This document shows, piece after piece, positions 49,007 through 62,234 of a stretch of DNA of 64,000 nt (position 1 is its first letter; every line of letters begins with the position of its first letter). The stretch comes from Chrysomallon squamiferum. Lineage: Eukaryota > Animalia > Mollusca. A program made the position numbers and the translations under genes. The notes below the pieces were generated by a model. That model saw only the letters and a list, made by a program, of their open reading frames with translations, was not told the DNA's origin and ran no database searches. The DNA lies in the NCBI GenBank assembly GCA_012295275.1, contig CM022673.1:13764001-13828000 (forward strand), given 5' to 3'.

Positions 49007-50594
49007 TAACTTTTTTTGAAAAAAACGTTCAATTTCAGTGACTTGCCAAAATCGATATGGAAAACTAAACAAAATCAATATAAATCAAAGGAACATTAAC
49101 TTTAAAAAAGTAGAAGGGAAACCGACGTCAGTTTTGTACAGCAACATACAGAAAGAAAGCACGCTCTAGACGCACTGTACAACTTCATTTGATGTACGTC
49201 TGTGTGTGTGTGTGTGTGCATATATATTACACACATAGTAAATGTGTGTGTATACATGCATATACTGTCTATAATAGAGTACATGTGTGTCTAATATTGT
49301 GTATAATACATGCATGTGCATAATGCACTACATATATATGTATACATATACATGCAAATATAAAACAAGTACACACATATACACACGCACTGATATACAC
49401 ACACACACACACACACACATATATAAATGTACTTACCCAGGTACACACACAAATTAAAGGCACGTTTTTTTATGTGTGAATGTACATTCATAACGCATAT
49501 CTACACACACACTCTCACACACACACACAAACATACATTCTTATATATACAAATAAAGACATACATATGCCTACATGTACGCTTATGTATATGTGGACGT
49601 ACATACACATGTACACATACAAACGTATATAAAAAAATACACGTTTGCACTCAAGACAAGCTAACCTTTGTACGTACATAACAAAAAAAACCACGTAGGT
49701 ATAGAGATCGATACAGAAAAAAACATACACACTCGAAAACACACAAACTCACATATACAAATCCACACAGATCCCCCCAAAAACACTTGAAAAGAAAAAC
49801 ACCAGTCAATCAAAAGCATATACGTACCCAGAAACACACATCACATTAAAACAAAAGAAAACATAAACAAAAAGAAACAATATATATATAGATATAGATA
49901 TAGATGCACATACATGTACTCGGAAACGCAAAAAGTTACCAGACCCATATCATACATTTAAAAACACGGGAAAGTCAGTGAGGTTTGGCTGCAATCTATC
50001 TCTGTCTGCCTTTGTCTTGTCATAGAGGCTAAACCATGCATTTAATATCGTTATGTACGCCTAAATAGTAATTACTATATTGCTTAAATGGTATTTGATT
50101 GTTGAAAACACAGAGTCGGTAAAAACATTATGGAAGTTTGTCATCTTTCGACGACTCACTTTACAAAATTGTATAACACTTAGTAACTGTTATTTTATAT
50201 AGAAATGCCTTATTAATTGTCAGTTATTATTATTAATGAAACGCAATTTCTGACGCAGTTATGTTAAGAAGTTGTTAAAACAGAATTTTAACTATAAACT
50301 CGTATAGTACGACTTTGCAATATTTCTCTGACTGCACTGCATACGTCGATAGGACTACAAGGCGTTGAGGCCAACTTTCTTATATGCTGGATTTAGTTTT
50401 CATTACCATAATGTGGTAAGGTAGCTATGGCAACCTGGTTACGGTTTTGTCAAACGAATACAATCTTTTTATTTGAGTTTAGAGTAATCTAACCTGACAA
50501 GGGAGATAATTCTTGAAAAGAGCGCCATTTACAACTTTTATTTTCGTTAAATTTTGATAGAAGTGTCAAAATGCCCTAGACGTTGTTTAACAAA
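48780..50594. promoter_or_regulatory. Divergent intergenic region of POLR1B and PSMC3IP, with a central CA/TA low-complexity block
   Basis: ETS-like ACTTCCGC ~48836-48843 near POLR1B. RFX X-box-like GTAGCTATGGCAAC 50421-50434 and YY1-like GCGCCATTT ~50522-50530 near PSMC3IP. CA/TA-rich low-complexity DNA at ~49200-49930. Confidence 0.5.
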
Positions 50595-53500
50595 ATGAGT
50601 AAATCAAAAGAAGCAGGTACTAATTCAACCTGAATAATTAAAGGCAATTTACTTAAAATTATATTGTGGAATAGAGAGTTAAAACGATAGACTATGATAT
50701 ATTTCAACTGATCCCAGTTCCAGAGACGATGATTCTTGATTGCAAAATGAACAGAAATAAGTGTGCATAACTTCTACCTTTTGAAAGTTGACTTCCAAAT
50801 TAATTCTGGGTAGAATATAAAAGGATATTATTAATGTTATTGTAATTATTTTAACCAGTCATATTCACTTATTTTATAAATGAATACAATGAACAAAACT
50901 TTGATAAAATTTAAAAGTAAAATGAAACTTATTTATACATATCCATTTTCGGTTTTCCCCATTCAGAGGCAGCAAAAGGTGTTCTTACCTACCTTACCCA
51001 GCAGAACAGACCATACAGTGTTGTGGATATTTTTAACAACTATGGAAAACAATATGGCAAAACGGTATTGTATTTAAAAAAGTGATAATTATTTTCTTCC
51101 CTTTTATTTTTAAAATCTTTAATTTCTGCAACTTGTTTCATTCATAATAATAATAATAATAAAAAAAGAATCTTATCACTGGTCATTACTGTTTCACTGT
51201 TTATGGAACTCTTTAATGTGTAATTGGTTATTTTTATTATTTCACAGGCAGTACAGAAAGCTTGTGAGAGTTTGGCTGAGGAAGGTAAAATCATAGAAAA
51301 GGTGTACGGCAAACAAAAAGTTTATGTTGCTGATCAGGTAGTACACATGTTTAGTGTTGTTGCTTAATTTACCAAAAATAGAAGCAAAATCACATCAAAA
51401 AAATATAATACATCTTTATCACATTTTCAAATTGTTTTAAATAATGAATTTACCACATAAGATATAATATTTCTTATTATCATTTCAGTTTAAAAAATAA
51501 GAAAGACTAGAAAATCTGCCCAGTTAGAAAAATGTTCATTATTAATATTATTTATTACTCGAAGAGTCAAATATTTGTTATTGTTGCAGTGTTAAAAAAT
51601 AATAAATAAATAATGAATGAAATATTAAACCAAAACAAATCTGCCCAGTTAGAAAAGATAATCATTATTACTAATGTAGTAGAAATATGAAATTACTAGT
51701 GCGGTAATGTAATTTTAAAAATAGTAAGGAATCTATATTTTCTCAAACTTTTTAAAACGTATATTATTTTTTTAGTCTCAGTTCCCAGATGTGAACGATG
51801 AGGAGCTAAAGGCCATGGATTTGAAAATCTCTAAATTAACTGAAGATTTGCAGAATGAACAAGTGGAAATGAAGAAACTAGAGAACGGTAACGTAAATAA
51901 AAATGACAGCATGTCTGTGCTGATCTCTTTAGAAAATATAACAGACATGTAATGAAGTATCAGTACTTTTATTTTTCCTATATCTGAAAGAATCTTATTC
52001 TTTGACCTCTGAAACAATTTAGTGTTTTGTCCAATGAAATAACATTAAAAATGTCACACATTGTAGAATGTATCTAGATCTAGTTAACTACATTGCCTCT
52101 TCACTTTCACCAGAAGTATTATGTAAGAATCAGTTAATTTTTATAATGACACTAATAATAATTTGTGTGTGGATTTAATTCCTTAAAATGAATAGCGTGT
52201 CACTTGCTAAATTTTGATACTAAAATGTATTTTATTTATAGTAATAAGAATGTTTGTTATTTCAGAATTAAAAACGTTAAATAGTTCCATAACAACAAAG
52301 GATGCCCAGAGTCAGATTGAAGAGATCACAAAAGAGGTTATTTTTCATTTTATTTTTTAATTAAATTTATTTTTTATATAAATCTGGAAAAAGGATATTT
52401 GAATAACAATAACTATAATGTTCCACTGAGATGTGTTGAATATTGCTATAGTCAGAAACATTATAACATTCAACCTTTTACATTTATATTATCTGTTCTC
52501 TCCTTGATAAAAATTAATTTTATAAAAAAATTTTTTAAGCACTTCTAATTTTAGAATATTTGAAAGAACGACAGCATATGTTATAAATACAGAATATATT
52601 TTTATTCTTCTGCTAGTAGTATGCAAATATAATGGATTTTTTTCTAGATTCAACTAATGACAGAAAAATTGAATGTTCTGAAAGAAGGCAGAGTTTTGGT
52701 TTCAAAAGAAGAAAAAGAAAAAGTATTTTGATTTAATACTCATAACATTCATCACTTTTTTATTTTTGTACATGCTCAGTTGTATAATTATATTTATCTT
52801 TCTTTAATTTTACAAGATGTATTTATGCATTCAGTTTATGGTTATTTTGTAATATGCTGTATTATACAGTTCTGATGTATTGTTTTATTTTGTTCACATT
52901 GAAACTGAATATTAAATAGTAGCCATTGATTGTGATGTTAAGACTGACTGCAAACTTATTGTTCACCATTGTGTGAAAGTTAACACGTGATATGATAAGC
53001 TGTGAGTCTTAAAACTAAACAACTTGCTACTGTTTATTTATTCCTCTTTATAGCCAGTTTCACAAAACTTAGTCAGCAGTTTTCATTAGCATTAGTATTT
53101 GTGCAAAAGAGATTTTTAAAAAATCCCACAAGTAGAAGTGGAAATAAGCTTGTTTTGTTTGATTGAATATTATTTTAATTTAAAAAAAAAAATAAAAAAT
53201 TTCTTTTTAGGTTTACAAAAACAGAACAAAATATGTGAAGGAATGGAGGAAGAGGAAAAGAATTGTAAGATTTCAAAAAACTTAAAAAACAGAACCAAAA
53301 CAAACTGAACTTTTGTAAACACATTCATTTATTTTCAGATGTTTATTTTTTATCAGTATTTGCTATTTATCTTCTAATATTTTAAAATTTATTCTGTTGA
53401 AAACAATGTTATCATTTTATACTCTACATACAAATTGAGACGTGTATATTCAAACAGTGTTTATCTTTGCTGATTGGTTTGTTTTCATTTATTTAAACGC

Positions 53501-54269
53501 ATTTCATCACAAAAGGTAGCTTATATTCCTCACTTTTCTGAAATCTTCGATCTGCTAAGTTGACAATCTTTGTGTATTGTATGGACATGGCATGCATAGT
53601 CATGCAACAAAACATATTTTTTAAAGAATACTTTTCTAATAGTGCTTTTATGATTATATGCTAAGTTAAACTAAAATGTTTATGTAAATTAGGATCATTT
53701 AATTTTTCAGTCAACTGATATAATCAGTGCGATTCTTGAAGGTTATCCTAAAACAAAGAAACAGCTGCTGGTACGCTAATCTTGCTGTCTGTTTGTGTGT
53801 CACAGTCAACAGATACAAAACTGGATATTTAATTTTCTCACAAATATCATTAATAAAAAACCCAGTTGTTGCTGATTATAAAAAAACAAAGAGTATTTAT
53901 TTTTTTAGTCTGTGAAGATGAATTGTTCAAAATGTAACAGTAACTGCATTCTATACTGTTGTTTATCTGTATCTAGATATTCACACCGATTTATTGTAAT
54001 ATTACCTCCTATATTAGGTTGAAAATATTTTAAATATTTGTTAATTTTTGAAGTTCTTTTCTTTCTTTTTAATTAAACACTATATTCAGTTTTTTCAACA
54101 TGTGTTTTTGTTTGTGGTTATTTTCATAACTGCAAAAGTCACTTTTTTACATATGTAGTATAATTCTATATCTTTTGATTTCAATTAATTTTTTATAACT
54201 TTTATGCTACAGGAGGAAATTGGGATTGAAACTGATGAAGACTACAGCGTATCTCCTCCAGAAGTTTGA
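50595..54269 (+). CDS. PSMC3IP: Homologous-pairing protein 2 (HOP2/TBPIP), 212 aa
   Basis: Exons 50595-50616, 50967-51064, 51248-51337, 51776-51887, 52266-52336, 52648-52722, 53211-53264, 53711-53770, 54213-54269 (639 nt, in phase). Motifs YLTQQNRPYS, EKVYGKQKVYVADQ, KEWRKRKR, AILEGYPK and EEIGIETDEDY. The exons are too short to appear in the ORF track. Confidence 0.96.
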
Positions 54270-54702
54270 TGTAAGAAAGATGGATATGAAATAAGAAATA
54301 AATGTATGTAAATAATAAAACTTAATATACTTTGTGTGTATGCATATGTGATTTAGGTTCATGTAAATATGTCCATTTTCTCAGTATTTAATAAAGAACG
54401 ATCTTCTGTTATTAGTAGAATGATAAAATTCTGTGTTGATGTATAATATTGTTGTCCAAAGCCATAAGCTGTATGAGAACACCATACACTGGATATTTTT
54501 TTTTTTTTTAAATTAGAAAGACAAGCATTTCTAAGAATTAATTTGATTAGTTTTATTGCAATGTCTTAAACTGTCTATCTGTTTATTTATAGAAATAATG
54601 TTATCTTGTACATACTGCATACTGTAGACTGGTGAATAATTTGAAAATGTTAAATGTGTTACCTAATGAAAATAAACATTACTTATATCTTTATTATTTT
54701 TA

Positions 54703-54733
<31 letters not shown>

Positions 54734-56959
54734 TATATGTATGTTATTGTTATGTAGGGCTATCTATTATCAAAGTTTATGGTTTACGTTTTTCATACTG
54801 CGACCCCTTATGAGCAACTCAGTATGATCGATGACCCCCTTTAACAAATTTGATTCAATAATATCTTTTTATCGACCAAAGACAGTACAAAAAGAATCTG
54901 TATTCATTATGTCAAGTCCCAAACCTATCTACAGGTTTTTATTTATTCCTCCTTCCAAGTCAGGTTGAAAACCTATGATTTAGACATTAAGTTTTGCATG
55001 ACTGAGAATGTTTCCTAAATATATGCAGCTGCATACAAAATACAAAGACCATTACTGGTACATTTAACAAAATCATATCATTTCATAATTCTTTATTATC
55101 AATAATTTATAAATGAAAAATGACTAGGAAACTGACAAATAGTGTCATGTGAAAAAGCCTGTTATTTTCATTAACAGAAAAAAGGTAATAAATTCTTAAG
55201 TGTATAGAAAACATTTTGTAATTTTTTTTTTTTTTAGGAAATACACTGATAAACACTGTCTGTAAAATGAAATAATTCAGATTATGTTCAGTTTCTAAGA
55301 AAGGATATTTATGAACACCTTAATTAATCTTGATATACCTTACATTGCTTGTAGAAGCTGGTAATTAATGATTTCTGTTTACACACCAGTGGAAACATCA
55401 ACTGGAATACAGTCATTTGAGATCAAAAGATACTTCAGAGGCTAATAAATATAAGACTAAATTTAAAAATTTACTTGTGATACTAAAAGTAAATGTATCA
55501 CATTCGTTGTCACATCCAAACTTGAGCATGAAAAATAATACATAAATATATCACAGTTATACACAAAAGTATGTAGACTCATATATTTAGTATATAATAT
55601 CAATAATAATATGCATGGACTTGACTCACGAAAACAGATCTAGGCATGGTATTGATAGAACCCTTTATGAACAAAATGTTTTCACTCGTTTTTAATATAT
55701 ACCCATACAAACATGAAAGAAATAATCTTTTAGTTGTTCTTATAAACTCTTACATCTGTTTTTTTTTTATACATTCACCTAAAGACTGAGTCTATCCTTC
55801 TCATACAGAGAAAATTATTAGTTAATGTGATTACCTCACATAACAGGTGTAAAACACAAGTATTTGCATATTACAGACATTTTTTCTAACTCACTGTTTT
55901 CAACAAGTGAAGTAACTTGTTAACAGTCAGAATTTTGATTAATTATATTGCACATTAAAGTATATCCTGTATGATTCTAATAGAAGTAAGTTGGAAACAT
56001 TTTATTTTTAAATTTGACAAGTTGATGTATGTTTGCAGTGATAATTTGAGGAATATGCCAAATGCTATGGCTCTATGATAAAATGTGCAAGATAATTATA
56101 AGAAATCTAATACTTTTGATTTAGAAAAGGTGACAGAGAATAAACTGTGTTAGTAACGAAACTATATTAGTAAATGGAAACTGAGAAGTAGTAAGTAGAT
56201 GTCGTAAAATCATGAATGACAATAATAAGTCAGATCAGTAGCAAGCATAAGACATTTTTTTGATTACAAACTAATTTATATAACTATACAAAAGTAGATA
56301 GAAGAATAAAACTTCCACAGTCCAACTCATAAATAAGTTTGTTAAACATTCCAAGATAAGTGTAAAAATGCAAAAGAAAATGCATCAATAACAATTCAAA
56401 ATAAATGAATATATAGAATATAACAAGCACAATATTCTGTAAGAAAATATGAAAATTCTATAACTTTAAAAAATACAGCATTATACAGGATCAATAAAAT
56501 CTGTAATTAATACCTGCATTATGTCTGTGTTGTGCATAGAAAGTATTGTAATCAAGATAAAATTTGTGTCATGAACATTTCACAATAATCTGAAAAGTGG
56601 AAGTCATAAACTGCAGAAGAGCAACTGTCCTCTGTGAAAGTTCACAGTCATTTCAAGTAAGTATGTGTGTGATTTGAACAGCTGTTTGCCCTCACAGAAA
56701 TGTCCTGTGCAAACACAAACAAGAACTATTGTTCATGTCAAACCATATCACCTGGTTTTGAAATCATTAACAAGATGTTAATTTATGTAGTGCAGTAAAA
56801 GTGAAAAATTTGTGAAATACATTGTTATGGTTTCTGCAACATGATGAAACATTGTAGAGTTTGTAATCTTCAGTTGTTACGATTAAGTATCAGTAGCAAC
56901 ATACTGTAGTAAAACAAATCACTATTTCAACATTGCACATAAACATTTCTGAATTTATC

Positions 56960-58142
56960 TTATTTTGGATTTTTCAGTTTTTTAACTTTTTTCTTCTTCA
57001 ACAATTCCTGAAATGCCTGTAACTGGGCTACAAACCCTGGATTTGGACAGGTTTTCTCTCTTTTTGTTCTCAAGTACTTGAAAGCTTTTTCAAAACTCAT
57101 ACCTTTTTGTTGCATCAGGTACGCAATGACAAACGTTGCTGACCTGGACACCCCAGCATTGCAGTGCACCAGGACACACCCTTCTCTCCGCCCTTCTTCA
57201 ATGAAGTTTACAGCTTTTTCAAAATGCTGCATGATTTCTGTCTCTGGGGTGTCACGCAGTTCAATTGTCAGATATTTAAATTTGTACGGGAAGAGATTTT
57301 CAACCAGAGTGGCACAGTTGAGGATGTGAGTCACTTTGTAGGATGTCAGGATATCCAGATTGTGAGCAACATCCTGTGAGCCTGTACAAACATCAAATAA
57401 GCGTGCAATTAAGTGTGAACAATACAGTTCAAATTGAAGACAGTAAAAATAAAACTTAAAGACTCTGAAGAAGTGGAAATTTCACAATATTACCATTTGT
57501 TGCAGGGAAATTCAGGTTTTGTGTGTAGACATTTTAAGTATTTTTATTTATTAAAAAAAGCAAAATAAACAAGTAAAAGACAATTGTTTTTCATACCCAA
57601 CTCTTCAAAACAGCAGAAAAAAATGAAATGAAATGTCCCTGGCAACTGTAACAGACATTTTCTAACTGACCAGTCACATGACTGTTTTTAGAATGCTATT
57701 TACGCTGTTATCTATTTCAGTAAAAGATCCATAACAAACAGATCTAAGGAAGCTCACTGATTCAAAAACAAACCTCAGAATGTTTATCTGATCAGTGAAC
57801 CATGACAGTATGGAAATTATTTTTTCCTTTCCACATGATCTGTGGTTACAGTGAAATAGAATTCACACATAATAACTCACCCATGATAAGTCCAGGCAGT
57901 ACTTCTCCCACTTGTAGATCTTGTCTCACATCTCCAACATAACCAAGCTCACCAGTGCTAATACTCTTAATAACCACTCTCCCATCTTCATCCTTTCCTT
58001 CTACTATCTGTCTTCCATCAACAGTTGTCACTTTTGTGTCGGTTTTACGTAACTTGAGTTTGTCAAATGTTGCCAGTAGCTGTGTCAGTTTGCTGGGTGG
58101 AGGTAAGGAACAATGGTTAACGGTATTGATCTCTTCTGCCAT
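56960..58142 (-). CDS. DUSP19: Dual-specificity phosphatase 19-like, 227 aa, two coding exons
   Basis: Exons 58142-57881 and 57381-56960. N-terminal LRKTDTKVTTVDGRQI and DLQVGEVLPGLIMGSQDVAH are characteristic of DUSP19; catalytic motif VHCNAGVSRS; CPNPGF. An acceptor at ~58151 implies an upstream non-coding exon. Confidence 0.93.
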
Positions 58143-58377
58143 CTTTGTCACTACAAGAATTTCAAAAATTCCTTAAAAGAATTAACAGTAGTGATAAATA
58201 TATACAAATCACAGTAGAATATTGAACATACATATAATTAAAGTCCTTTTAAAAGTAATGATACGAATACTATTCACAGTATAACATGGAATATACAATT
58301 AAATTTCTGTAATTATAAGAAAGGAAGAAGTGTTTTATGTAATAATTTTAAACAATAACTGTCAATACCCAACAGAC

Positions 58378-58435
<58 letters not shown>

Positions 58436-58595
58436 AATAACAAACCTTTTATTAATGCGTCATCCCATAAAAAAGAAGGTATTTACTGCATCATTTGATA
58501 CACCTGATGTGGTATACACTAACAGTAACACAGACGACTGAATTTGTGATCGAAAAACGCTCTTCTTCTGATTCCGATTAGCCTTAATTAAGATA

Positions 58596-58634
<39 letters not shown>

Positions 58635-59205
58635 TATACTGATTTTCTTAACCTACATCTGTGCTTACACACTGTAGTGTTTCGTAATTGGCAGTAAATA
58701 CTAGCTGAAACAGTTTGCTACCCTAAAATAATTTTTTTTAGTGAATTCAGAATTCATAATTCAATTGTCAGTATAGAATTACAGATTATATATAATTATT
58801 TTATTTATTTGAATGCTTGATGTAACATACAATTTTCATCCTTTAAAGTGGATACTGCTTACAGTGTTTTTTTTTACATGATTGACATATAAATTATCAT
58901 AAATAAATAAATAAATAAATTATTAAATAACCTGATAATTTTAGTTAAATATCTAAAGCCTTCTTCAGTTCTTAATTTCCTAGAGAATTCAGTGTTCACC
59001 TACATGTAGAACGACCCTGTATTTATTTAAAAGTTAATGAACGAAATTAAGTTTCCAATCGAAAACATTCATCATAACAAACCGATTAAACTTTCTGACT
59101 ATGTTTACAAACATCTTCATTGAAATTGATCGCTTGTGTACTTTCCTCCGCAAACGATGCGCGGTTATAGAATCGTTCAGAGAGCTTTTATTATGTTGTT
59201 CTTCA

Positions 59206-59261
<56 letters not shown>

Positions 59262-59399
59262 GAGTGATTTTGGTTTATCCGCTTGTTTTTCGTATTCTAT
59301 AATCAGTGTATAACATTTATGACTGTATATGTTCACATACTTTATAATGATTATATTATTTCAGTATACAGACAAAAATAATATATTTATAGACTATTC

Positions 59400-61012
59400 C
59401 TTTCCATACTGACATGCTTCACTGATCAGATAAGTATTAAAAATTCAGAAATTTATTTGTGAGTTAGTCAGTAGCCTTAGATCTGTCAGTTATGGATTCA
59501 ACTAGCAAATGTCTGTCACAGATGCCAAGCACAGTTATATTTATTTTTTCTGTTATCTTGAAGGGTTCGGTTTTTAATGGATAAAAATATTTAAAATGTC
59601 TACACACAAAACCTCAATTTCCCTGCAACAAATGGTAATATTGTGAAATTTCCACTTCTTCAGAGTGTTTATTAAGTTTTATTTTTACTGTCTTCTATTT
59701 GAACTGTATTGTTCACGCTTAATTGCACACTTATTTGATGTTTGTACAGGCTCACAGGATGTTGCTCACAATCTGGATATCCTGACATCCTACAAAGTGA
59801 CTCACATCCTCAACTGTGCCACTCTGGTTGAAAATCTCTTCCCGTACAAATTTAAATATCTGACAATTGAACTGCGTGACACCCCAGAGACAGAAATTAT
59901 GCAGCATTTTGAAAAAGCTGTAAACTTCATTGAAGAAGGGCGGAGAGAAGGGTGTGTCCTGGTGCACTGCAATGCTGGGGTGTCCAGGTCAGCAACATTT
60001 GTCATTGCGTACCTGATGCAACAAAAAGGTATGAGTTTTGAAAAAGCTTTCAAGTACTTGAGAACAAAAAGAGAGAAAACCTGTCCAAATCCAGGGTTTG
60101 TTGTCCAGTTACAGGCATTTCAGGAATTGTTGAAGAAGGAAAAAGTTTTAAAAAACTGAAAATTCCAAAATAAGATAAATTCAGAAATGTTTATGTGCAA
60201 TGTTGAAATAGTGATTTGTTTTACTACAGTATGTTGCTACTGATACTTTAATCTTAACAACTGAAGATTACAAACTCTACAATGTTTCATCATGTTGCAG
60301 AAACCATAGCAATGTATTTCACAAATTTTTCACTTTTACTGCACTATTTAAATTAACATCTTGTTAATGATTTCAAAACCAGGTGATATGGTTTGACATG
60401 AACAATAGTTCTTGTTTGTGTTTGCACAGGACATTTCTGTGAGGGCAAACAGCTGTTCAAATCACACACATACTTACTTGAAATGACTGAACTTTCACAG
60501 AGGACAGTTGCTCTTCTGCAGTTTATGACTTTCACTTTTCAGATTATTGTGAAATGTTCATGACACAAATTTTATCTTGATTACAACACTTTCTATGCAC
60601 AACACAGATATAATGCAGTTATTAATTATAAATTTTATTGATCCTGTATAATGCTATATTTTTTAAAGTTGTAGAATTTTCATATTTTTCTTACAGAATA
60701 TTTTGCATGTTATATTTTATACATTCATTTATTTTGACTTAATGTTCGTGTTGAAATCATGGGGTTTTCAAAGTTATGATCCCTGATAGAAAACAATTTA
60801 AACTACATGCATTGATAATAGATACATAACACCGACATATACACACATAATGATAAATAAGAAAAAGAAAGATTCTTTTAATATTTAATTTAATCAGGTA
60901 ACAATTATTTTAACATTTTCAAATTATTCATGAAGCCATACTTGGTTACAGCATTCGGTATGTACGAGATAACATTATTTCTATAAATAAACAGACAGAG
61001 AAATTAGGACAT
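59400..61012. repeat. Right arm of an inverted segmental duplication of ~54560-57816
   Basis: 59590-60737 is the near-identical reverse complement of 57535-56395. More diverged flanks match 57816-57780 (TTTCCATACTGwCATGsTTCACTGATCAGATAA) and 54570-54665 (GATAACATTATTTCTATAAATAAACAGA at ~60968-60995). Confidence 0.9.
59750..60159 (+). pseudogene. Inverted duplicate of the DUSP19 catalytic exon (intact acceptor and ORF, no co-oriented exon 1)
   Basis: Reverse complement of 57381-56960 with only about six differences (ATC/ATT, ACG/ACA, GTAGCC/GTTGTC, K/E, small indel near the stop). Acceptor TTTGTACAG at 59741-59749 is preserved. The pseudogene label is provisional. Confidence 0.8.
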
Positions 61013-61702
61013 GCGTGTTTCTGTGCGTGCGTGTGTGTGTGAGTATAAACAGGTGTATATGACTGAGTGTTTCTTTGTGTTTCTATCTTTATGTGTATGT
61101 ATACTGTAGTTTAAAAAAAAAAAAATATTTATATTTATCCTTCCACAGACCATGAAAGCTGGTTGCTACGAAACTAAATTTTTTTTCTATCAGTACAACT
61201 GCTGCCACGTTGTCAACTACGTGCAGACGAAACTGTCACAACAAACGTAGTGATGATAACCTCGTTGTTACTTTAAAATACCACAGGCACGTTCACTTAA
61301 CTTTTATTTATTTATTTATTTAATTATTACTGTTTTTTTTTTTTTTTTATTATTATTTTTTGTATTTATTTCTATAATTTTTTTGAATTTTCAATTTTTA
61401 ATTAATTAATTAATTAATTATTTTTTTTTTTTTTTTTAATAATAATACGGAGACCTAAAGAAAAGACTAAAAAAAAAAAGGAAAGGAAAAGAACTGGAAG
61501 TAATAATACGCATTCAAACAAACACACACGCACGCACACGCACGCACACACACAAACACATGTTTTTTCTGACAGCTGTTAGGTTATTTTTTAAATTACG
61601 AATATCATCAGTGTGTTTACATTTCACATACAAAAATTATCAAATCACTGGGTTATGTAAAATTCATACTTCCATTGTTCATTTATTCATGATGCTGAAA
61701 AC

Positions 61703-62182
61703 TTAGAACGGTGCATTAAACGGGTACTCTGGATGATCATGGCCACTGAAAGAAAAATAAATAAATAAATAAATAAATAAATAAAAAGACGCTTAAAGAT
61801 GTGTAGAGAATACAAAAACAGACACAAACACAGATAAACAGATAAATGGACAAACAGACAGACAGACATATAAATAGACAGTCTGACAGATACATATAAT
61901 GACAGACGTACAGGCCCATATATTGATACTCACACATACAAAAACACACAAACAAACGTACACACAGCAGATATATATATTTATAATATATATATATATA
62001 TATATGTTTACTGATATCTGCTACTTACAAGTCAGGAACCAAAAATCTCTCGTTTGTCTGTAGCTGTTTTATCTGATTCATATCTTCTTCACTCAGAGTA
62101 AAATCAAAAACCTGAAACACAAGTCAGTCTAACACCTATCTCTTGTCTTTAACTGCAGCACAGTCTAAATAATACACGTGTT

Positions 62183-62234
<52 letters not shown>

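Noticed and set aside
49100-49930. ORF cluster between POLR1B and PSMC3IP
   Set aside because: CA/TA low-complexity sequence with no domain signal.
51505-51660. Direct duplicate AAATCTGCCCAGTTAGAAAA (~51512 and ~51638) in a PSMC3IP intron
   Set aside because: Two-copy mid-intron duplication that touches no splice site; like 35395-35502, it is a counter-example to keep in the null set.
57078-57379. Antisense ORFs 57078-57329 and 57164-57379, mirrored at 59752-60053
   Set aside because: Shadows of the DUSP19 exon, repeated only because the DNA is duplicated.
59101-59313. ORF as an alternative first coding exon for the + DUSP19 copy
   Set aside because: No DUSP similarity, includes (TG)n, and the GTGAGT donor at ~59260 is phase 0 while the acceptor at 59750 needs phase 1.
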